From assembly GCA_963847445.1 (NCBI GenBank), contig CAWJZV010000003.1, positions 32,001 to 96,000 on the forward strand: a stretch of DNA of 64,000 bases, read 5' to 3'. The translations under genes and the position numbers were made by a program. The notes beneath the pieces were generated by a model. The model made no database searches. It saw only the letters and a program-made list of their open reading frames with translations, and was not told the origin of the DNA. Origin of the DNA: an uncultured delta proteobacterium. Its GTDB lineage: Bacteria > Desulfobacterota > Binatia > UBA9968. Of the stretch, positions 57,128 to 64,000 are shown in pieces; position 1 is the first letter of the stretch; the number at the start of each line of letters is the position of its first letter.

Positions 57128-58036
57128 ATGGAAACAATCGGCTTCGTCGGCCTGGGAACTATTGGCGGTGTTGTCGCCCGAAATATTCAGAAGGCCGGCT
57201 ATGCGATGGTGGTTTATGACATCGTGCCGGAGGCAACGCAGCCATTGGTAGAAAGAGGGGCGCGCCTCGCGCCATCGGCGACGGAAGTTGCGCGGGAGTG
57301 CCGGGCGGTTTTTACCTCGCTGCCGGGGCCGCAGGAGGTTGAAGCGGTTGCGCTTGGCGCGCACGGGCTGGTCCATGGCGTTGGCGACGGCAGTATCTAC
57401 GTCGATCTTTCCAGCAGTAGTGCCGATCTTATCCGGCGCATCGCCGTTGAGTTTGGCGCGCGTGGCGGCCGGGTGATGGATGCGCCGCTGATTGTTGGGC
57501 GACAAGGAATTGCCAACCGCAGCGTTCAGGTGTTGGCCTCGGGCAGCTCCGAAGCTTACAGCGAAATGAAACCGCTGCTCGAAGCCTTCAGCGATACGGT
57601 TGTTTACACTGGCGAGTTGGGAACCGGCACGGTTATTAAACTAGCGCACAACCTGGTGCGCCGCGGCATCGGCTTGGCGATTGGCGAAGGACTTGTTTTG
57701 GGTGCGAAGGCCGGCGTGGACCCGGAGCTTCTGTGGGACTGCATGCATTGGGGCTTGGATGTCCAGCTCAATCAACTGAAAAAACACTTCGCCGACACCG
57801 TCTTTACGGGAAACTACGAACCGCCGGCGAGCTTCGGCATTGGACTGTCGCGAAAGGACGTCGGCCTAGCCACCGAGTTGGGCCGCCAGCACAATGTGCC
57901 GATGCCCATCGCGGCCCTAGTCGAGCAGATGATGATCCACGCCATCAGCCGCGGCTGGTCGGAGCAAAGCACGGCGTCGCTGTTTCGCCTTCAGGAAGAA
58001 GCCGCCGGAGTTCAGGTACGCAAGCGTCGGAAGTAA
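57128..58036 (+). CDS. NAD-dependent beta-hydroxyacid dehydrogenase (3-hydroxyisobutyrate/tartronate semialdehyde reductase family)
   Basis: IGFVGLGTIG, FTSLPGP, MDAP, GTGTVIKLAHN, KDVGLA. Confidence 0.9.
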   Translation: METIGFVGLGTIGGVVARNIQKAGYAMVVYDIVPEATQPLVERGARLAPSATEVARECRAVFTSLPGPQEVEAVALGAHGLVHGVGDGSIYVDLSSSSADLIRRIAVEFGARGGRVMDAPLIVGRQGIANRSVQVLASGSSEAYSEMKPLLEAFSDTVVYTGELGTGTVIKLAHNLVRRGIGLAIGEGLVLGAKAGVDPELLWDCMHWGLDVQLNQLKKHFADTVFTGNYEPPASFGIGLSRKDVGLATELGRQHNVPMPIAALVEQMMIHAISRGWSEQSTASLFRLQEEAAGVQVRKRRK

Positions 58037-58247
58037 CATCACGGCGATCGCCATTACATCGATCCAGCGCGGTTGTCGCGCAAAGCAGATAAACGATTTC
58101 CTGCCAAAGTCGCGGCAATCGTGATCGGTGCCGCGCTTATGGCCAAATCGCCCGGTGCCGGATTCCTTTCATTAATCAGGGCGATCGCAGGCGCACTGCA
58201 ATGACCTTTCTTGGAGCTATTGTTCTCATACTTGCAGAATTGTTCAC

Positions 58248-58263
58248 TGGCATGCGCATGGCT
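58248..58263 (+). promoter_or_regulatory. Possible sigma54 (-24/-12) promoter
   Basis: TGGCATGCGCATGGCT gives GG-N10-GC about 100 bp upstream of ATG 58363. Confidence 0.35.
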
Positions 58264-58362
58264 CTTTGGTTCTGACTTCAGCGTCATCGCCTGCGCGGAT
58301 TCTTGTCGCTTGGCGATACGGTTTGTGCTTTGAGTGGTTGTGAAAACCGAGGCGGAGGTCAT

Positions 58363-58825
58363 ATGTCCAAGGTCAAAATTCTTTTTCCCACTGTCATGCT
58401 GGTTTGTCGCGCTAACACTCGCGGCAACCGCGGCCGTTGCCCAAAGCGAGCTGGCGGCGGCAAAGGTATCCTTCGAAACCACTTCGATCGCCGCCGGCAT
58501 CGGTTTTAGCTGGGGCAACGGCAAGCTCAGGTTCAATGGGAAAGACTATGGTTTTTCGATCGATGGCGTCACGTTTATCGATGTCGGCATTAGCAAGGCA
58601 AGCGCCGCCGGTGATGTTTATAATCTCGCTGAGCTAGCCAAGTTCGAGGGACAATACGTTGCCGCCGAAGCTAGCGTTGCTTTGGGCGGAGGCGTGGGAG
58701 GGATGTCTCTGCGCAACTCAAACGGCGTCGTCATGCACCTCAGTTCAGTGTCCCAGGGCGCGCGCCTGCAACTTGGCTCCAGCGGCATGAGTATCAAGCT
58801 GTGGCTGCCTCCCAGGAAAGGTTGA
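58363..58825 (+). CDS. Exported beta-strand protein, EipA/DUF1134-like (frameshift near start)
   Basis: RBS GGAGG; AAGIGFSWGNGKLRFNG, GDVYNL..LAKFEGQY, LRNSNGVVM. Confidence 0.65.
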
Positions 58826-58885
58826 AGAAATCTCCGCGTCGCAACCGACCCGCAAGCTAAAGAAAACCTGCTAGCCATTCCTAGC

Positions 58886-60100
58886 CTATCCTGGTGCGCT
58901 GTGAAGCAATTTTGTCGACTCCTGCTGGAATGTGATCTCGGCGTCTTGGGGCAAGCACCATTTTTTCAGCGGCCGTCCTTCGGCTAAGGCGCGCAGTTCC
59001 CTCTCCCAGATCTTGCGAAATAAAATAATGCCGGTGTCGGAGCGGCCGAGATGTTCCTGGGCGCGATCGGCCACCGGGCCCTGGCCGACTTGCGCGACGT
59101 AGTCTTGGCTATGCACCAAAGCGATTTTGTCGTGGAAAAATTGGTCCAAGTCTTGGAAGTTGAGTTTCCCCGCCAGCACCGCCGCGCCCATCTGCGCGAC
59201 TGAGATTTGAGGCGCCGCGGCCGCGGCGGCGCGGCGCGCTCGGTAGTCTTCGGCGGCTTTACCGGTGAGCGGCAAACGGCGCAAGCGGAATTCCAGAGAC
59301 TGCTCGTCGTCGAGGGGCACGTCCCACTGCATGCGGTCTTCCGCGCCGCACTCCGGTTCCGGCGAGGGATTGCGAAAAGCGTAGGCGTTGGGCATGAAAA
59401 ACTGAAAAACGTTGCGCCATCCCTGGGCGAAGCTAGCGTAGGCCGTCGTGCCCCAGGGGCTTTCTTCCTTGGAAATTTCCGGCAGTCCGGCGCGATTGTT
59501 TGCCGAAGAGGCCGAGTAGGCGCCGCGATGGACGAAGGGCACGTGATAGGTGTCGCCGTTGTTGTCGATGCGCTGGAAAAAATTGCACGGCCAGATTTCC
59601 GTCGACAGTACTTCGAGAATGCCGTCCTCTTCCATATGCGGATAGCGTGGAAACGGCGGCGCTTCGCCTTCGCCGAAGTAAGCGAAGATCAAACCTAGAT
59701 ATTCCCGCGTCGGGCAATTGCCGATGCGGATCTTGGCGGCAAAGGATTTATCTTCGGCCGGCTGTTCCATGCATTGCCCGGCGCTGTCGAACAGCCAGCC
59801 GTGATACATGCAGCGGATGCAGTCGCCTTCCACCCAGCCGGCAGAAAGCTGCGTGCCGCGGTGCGGACAGCGAAAACCGACGACATGGGGCGCGCCGGTT
59901 TCGCCGCGGTAGAGCGTAAAGCGCTCGCTCATGATTTCGATCGGCTTGGCTTCGCCGGCGCGAAGCTCTTCGGCGCGGTGGATCGGCTGCCAAAAACGGC
60001 GCAGGTAATTCCCCGCGAGGGTGCCGGGCTTGGTCGAGACGAGATCCTCCCAGCGCAGTTGTTTTCCGTGGCCGCGGTTTTTGCGTTTAGCTAACGCCAT
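58886..60100 (-). CDS. Rieske non-heme iron oxygenase alpha subunit (phthalate/vanillate-type)
   Basis: LRRFWQP, Rieske CPHRG...CMYHGW, mononuclear Fe DTYHVPFVH, QD, EHLGRSD. Confidence 0.92.
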   Translation of the reverse strand: MALAKRKNRGHGKQLRWEDLVSTKPGTLAGNYLRRFWQPIHRAEELRAGEAKPIEIMSERFTLYRGETGAPHVVGFRCPHRGTQLSAGWVEGDCIRCMYHGWLFDSAGQCMEQPAEDKSFAAKIRIGNCPTREYLGLIFAYFGEGEAPPFPRYPHMEEDGILEVLSTEIWPCNFFQRIDNNGDTYHVPFVHRGAYSASSANNRAGLPEISKEESPWGTTAYASFAQGWRNVFQFFMPNAYAFRNPSPEPECGAEDRMQWDVPLDDEQSLEFRLRRLPLTGKAAEDYRARRAAAAAAPQISVAQMGAAVLAGKLNFQDLDQFFHDKIALVHSQDYVAQVGQGPVADRAQEHLGRSDTGIILFRKIWERELRALAEGRPLKKWCLPQDAEITFQQESTKLLHSAPG

Positions 60101-60183
60101 GTTTCATCTCCATGCTTGCATTTAATCGCTGTCGCGAACTATAGATGCGGTTGCTATATATAGCATCCGATTTTTTTTTGACA

Positions 60184-60952
60184 ATGAAACTTGACGGCAT
60201 AGTCGCTCTCGTCACCGGCGCGGCGCGCGGTATCGGCTGGGAGATCGCTCAATCGCTCGCGCAAGCGGGCGCGCGGCGTTTCACTCTGCGATCTCGTGCA
60301 AACGGACGTTGATGCCGCCGCCGCCCGTTTGGCATTGCCGCCGGAAAAAGTATTGGCGCTACGCGCGGATGTCACTTCAGAGCGCGACGTTGGCGAACTC
60401 TTTCGCTCGTACCCTGGACAAATTCTCGCGTCTGGATGTGTTGGTCAATAATGCCGGCTTTGCCTGGCCGCGCGGCGGGCCGGTGAATTTAGCATTGGCC
60501 GATACCCCGCTGGACGTGTGGCTGAAAGTTCTCGATACCAATCTCACCGGTACGTTCCTGTGCAGCCGGGAGGCGCTCAAGTTATGATGCGCGCCCAAGG
60601 CGGCGGCGCCATCATCAATATTTCTTCGCCCCAGGGGAAAAAGGGCAAGTTGCTGCGCGGCCCGTACTCCGCGGCGAAGTTCGGTGTCGAAGGGCTCACT
60701 CAGGTATTGGCGCTGGAGAATGCGCAGTACCACATTCGCGCCAATTGTCTCGATCCCGGCGGCATCGTCGCCACCGAGGCGGTAAGAAATATTCCCGGCA
60801 ATCGCGGCGTGCGCATGCTCAGTCCGGCGATCGTCCGGACGTGCGCGGTGTACCTGGCTTCGGACGAGTCGTTGGGCGTCACCGGGCAATCTTTTGTCGC
60901 GACCGATTGGAATCGGCAGCAGGGCTTAGAAGTTCCCTACATGATTGCGTAA
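60184..60952 (+). CDS. Short-chain dehydrogenase/reductase (frameshifted)
   Basis: VALVTGAARGIG, DVLVNNAG, NLTGTF, IINISS, YSAAKFG. Confidence 0.9.
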
Positions 60953-60989
60953 CGCTGCCATCGTGCGGCGGCAAGAGGAGATATCATTT

Positions 60990-61975
60990 ATGCGAGCAAC
61001 GGCGAAGTTACCTATTCTAATCTGCTTGCTGATTATCGCCGGCCTGTCAGGGCGCGCCCAGGCAGCAACCGTGCGCGTCGCCGTGCCGACGCTCAGCATG
61101 GTCGTCATCGCGTTCACCGCAGCGAAGGAGACGAGGTTACTACCGCGACGAAGGATTGGACGTCGACCTGGTGCAGATGCGCGACACGCTCGGCATCTCG
61201 GCGCTGATCGGCGGCAACGTGGATTTCGCTTCCATGAGCGGCGCGGGGATGACCGCCATGGTCGGCGACGTGCCCTTACGGTTCGTCTACAGCACATTTT
61301 ATCGGCCGATGTTTTGGCTCTACGCCAAGCCCGATATTGCCGACGTGAAAGCGCTCAGAGGCAAACGCATCGGCGTCACCGGGTCTGGGCAGCGGTCCGG
61401 ATAATTTGCTGCGCGAAGTGCTCAAGCGCACGGGCATCGAAGGCGGGCGCGACGCGACGATCTTGGCGTTGGGTTTGCCGGCGACCCTGGCGACCGCGCT
61501 GCGCAACGGCGTCGTCGACGCCGGGATGATCAGCCCGCCGTTCAATTTCGTCGTGCGCGACGCCGGCTTTCGCGAGCTGGTGTCTTTTCTCAAAGAAGAT
61601 TTTGTCGAGCTGCAAGGCAGCATTCTAGTCAACGACAAGTTTTTACAAAGCGATCCTGGGCTGGTCGAAAAGTTCGTGCGCGGCACCGTGAAAGGACTGC
61701 GCTACGCGCGTGAAAACAAAGCCGGCACGATTGCCATTCTGCTCCGCTACATGAAGCTCAAGGAAGACCTCGCCGGCCAATACTACGATCAAGTGCGGCC
61801 GATCATGACCGCCGACGGCACCGTGAACGTAGACATGCAGAAAAAATACCTCGACCAAGCGCTCAAAGTCTTGAACCCGAAGGAAGCGCCGACGGTGGAA
61901 AGACTCTACAGCTATGGATTGGCGCGCAAGGTCAACGCCGAGCTGGACGCGGCGGGGTGGAAACCGGGTAAGTAG
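60990..61975 (+). CDS. ABC transporter substrate-binding protein, NMT1/SsuA-like (frameshifted)
   Basis: RBS GAGGAG, signal peptide, GLDVDLVQM, ALRGKRIGV, ALRNGVVDAG..SPP. Confidence 0.85.
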
Positions 61976-61983
61976 GGGAGGCG

Positions 61984-62018
61984 AAACTTTCGTTGAAAAT
62001 GGCCACGAAAGTTTTTTT
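61984..62018 (+). terminator. Intrinsic terminator after the SBP gene
   Basis: aaactttcgt ... acgaaagttt followed by T run. Confidence 0.6.
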
Positions 62019-62020
62019 AA

Positions 62021-62050
62021 TTGACATGCGCGGCGGTTCGGCGGTATATC
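62021..62050 (+). promoter_or_regulatory. Sigma70-like promoter for the peptide/radical SAM unit
   Basis: TTGACA 62021, 18-bp spacer, TATATC 62045. Confidence 0.55.
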
Positions 62051-62104
62051 TCCCGCCAGAAAAAGAAAGTGTTGGCATTTTCTAAATACATACATGGAGG
62101 AGAC

Positions 62105-62290
62105 ATGGCTCAGAAACCGCTCACCGCAACTCAGATCAATACACTGCTTAAGTTCAAGATCGACTGGATCAAGGATCCGGTGCCGATATTCCGGAGACAT
62201 CTGGATAGCCGCACGTTAAAACAGATCGCGCAGGCGAAGGCCGATTTCGGTAAACAGATCAACGAGATTGTTAAAAACCGCCAGGGGTGA
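62105..62290 (+). CDS. 61-aa peptide, candidate radical SAM substrate / RiPP-like precursor
   Basis: Strong RBS GGAGGAGA; MAQKPLTATQINTLLKFKIDWIKDPVPIFRRHLDSRTLKQIAQAKADFGKQINEIVKNRQG. Confidence 0.8.
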   Translation: MAQKPLTATQINTLLKFKIDWIKDPVPIFRRHLDSRTLKQIAQAKADFGKQINEIVKNRQG

Positions 62291-62353
62291 GCGGGCGCCC
62301 TCGCTGCCTTCGTGTGAAGTCGGAGGCAAATCCGCTTGCCCCCTTCGTTGCCC

Positions 62354-64000
62354 ATGTTTCAGAGTGACGCCGCCGTCAGTGATCGCGAACGCGACCGGTC
62401 GCGCCCCGTGATGCTGGTCGGATTTCAAAACCAGGGAAACCTCGGTCTCGGCTATCTTGCCGCGGTCCTACGTCGCCACGGCTACGCCGTTCAGGTGGTC
62501 GACATCGAGCAGGAGCCCGAAGCGATTGCGCGCATGGCGCGGGAGATCGACCCGGTTCTGATCGGGTTCTCCCTGATCTTCCAGTTCTACATCGATCGCT
62601 ACGCACGGCTGCTGGCGCTCCTGCGATCGCACGGTGTTGCGTGCCACTTCACGATAGGTGGTCATTTCCCGAGCCTCAGCTATCGCCAGACGCTCGAGCT
62701 TATCCCGGAACTCAACAGCGTCGTCCGCTTCGAGGGGGAAATGACCCTGCTCGAACTGGTCGACGCCGTCAGCGCGTGCAAGGACTGGCAGACTATTCAA
62801 GGGATTGCCTTCCGCCACGAAGATGGCGTCGTGGCCACTCCGGCGCGAGCGCTGCTCGGTGATCTCGACCAATTGCCGTATCCGGAACGCAATTACCTGC
62901 CGTCGGCCGTGCTGGGGCGACCGATCATGCCGATCGTGGCCAGTCGCGGGTGCGCGCGCACCTGCTCGTTCTGTTCCATCCACACGTTCTACCGGGCGGC
63001 GCCTGGTAAGATCGTTCGCACCCGCAGGCCCGTCGGCCGTGGTGCAGGAGATGAAGTCGCTACACGAGGAACGAGGGACGCGCATCTTTCTTTTCCAGGA
63101 CGACGATTTTCCACTATTCGGTCCCGTATGGCGTCGGTGGGCGTTAGAGTTCGTCGAGGAACTGCACCGGCACGGTTTGCCGGGCGAGGTCATCTGGAAG
63201 ATGAATTGCCGCGCCGACGTGATCGATCGCGAGCTGTTCTTAACCCTGCGCGATGCCGGACTGTATCTCGTCTACATGGGGCTGGAATCCGGGAGCGACC
63301 GTGGCCTGGAGACGCTGCACAAGCAGATTACCGTCGAACAGAATATTCGCGCCGTCCATCTCTTGAAGAGCATCGGACTGATGTGGGAGTACGGTTTCAT
63401 GTTGCTCGACCCGTCGAGCACATTCGCATCGGTCCGGGAGAACCTGACATTTCTGCGAACGATTCTGGCCGACGGCTGTCTTCCTGTAACGTTCTGCCGC
63501 ATGCTGCCCTACGACGGCACCCCCATCAAGGATGCGCTCGTTCGTTCCGGTCGATTGCTCGGCGACATCTGCAATCCCGATTATGACTTCCTGGACCCGC
63601 GGCTGTCGGAGTTTTACGAAGGCCTTTCAGAGGTGGTCAGTCTAACCGGCTGGATTCATGGACTGGAGGCGGTTACCCAGCAACTGGGATGCGCCTGGCA
63701 CGAAGTTGCCGTCATGGAGAGACTGTTTCCAGCGCTGCCGGGCATCGGCAGCTACAAGCAGAGGCTCCGCCGCATCACAAAGACCAGCAACGATTTGCTG
63801 CTAGATGTCGTCGAGGATCTGTCCTACGTCTACTCAGAGGGTCGGAAGAACCGCTGGGATCCTGACCAACTCGAGCAGAGCCGGGCGGACGTGATCGAGC
63901 GTCTGCTGACGGCGCGCAACGAGTTCGTGCTCCGGCACCAGGACTTGCTGCTTAGGGCGCTTGGTGTCGAGAACACGCCGACCCTCACCGAGGACGCTGC
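62354..64000 (+). CDS. Cobalamin-binding radical SAM enzyme (class B methyltransferase-like); frameshift near 63030; runs off the window
   Basis: B12 domain NLGLGYLAAVLRRHG...IGFS...GGHFPS...VRFEGE; SRGCARTCSFC (CxxxCxxC at 62951-62974); second frame FQDDDF, GLESGS, GFML, PYDGT. Confidence 0.93.

Noticed and set aside
62021-62104. 89-aa version of the peptide ORF starting at TTG 62021
   Set aside because: That TTG is part of the -35 TTGACA box; the strong RBS points to ATG 62105.
53882-64000. Intact prophage or integrative element at ssrA
   Set aside because: No integrase, phage or conjugation genes, and no duplicate of the ssrA 3' end seen in the window.

Overview
GC-rich bacterial chromosome segment. 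Gene content (NMT1/SsuA-like binding proteins, a Rieske oxygenase, a deltaproteobacterial-style dcw cluster, DUF164 next to rnpB) suggests a 'deltaproteobacterial' lineage such as Candidatus Binatia; this is inference. The assembly carries many single-base indels that split even essential genes, most likely long-read errors, so several CDS calls are stitched across frames. Core content: transporters (Fe3+-type ABC permease, livHMGF plus a distant livK, APC, DMT), RNase P RNA, a full dcw cluster (mraZ to ftsZ, ddl displaced to the opposite strand), acpS, mtnA-gshA, nagZ, dnk-panB-panC, smpB-ssrA, then an accessory region. Most notable: (1) a separately promoted 61-aa peptide (WIKDPVP core) directly upstream of a cobalamin-dependent radical SAM enzyme at the right edge, a candidate uncharacterised RiPP-like system; (2) a non-canonical STAS gene between mraZ and rsmH; (3) a terminator/antiterminator leader before panB and a terminator-containing leader before the DUF164 gene; (4) several families of intergenic palindromic repeats, including hairpins built from tandem 7/8-mers; (5) a secreted protein with a near-perfect classical zinc-finger pattern.
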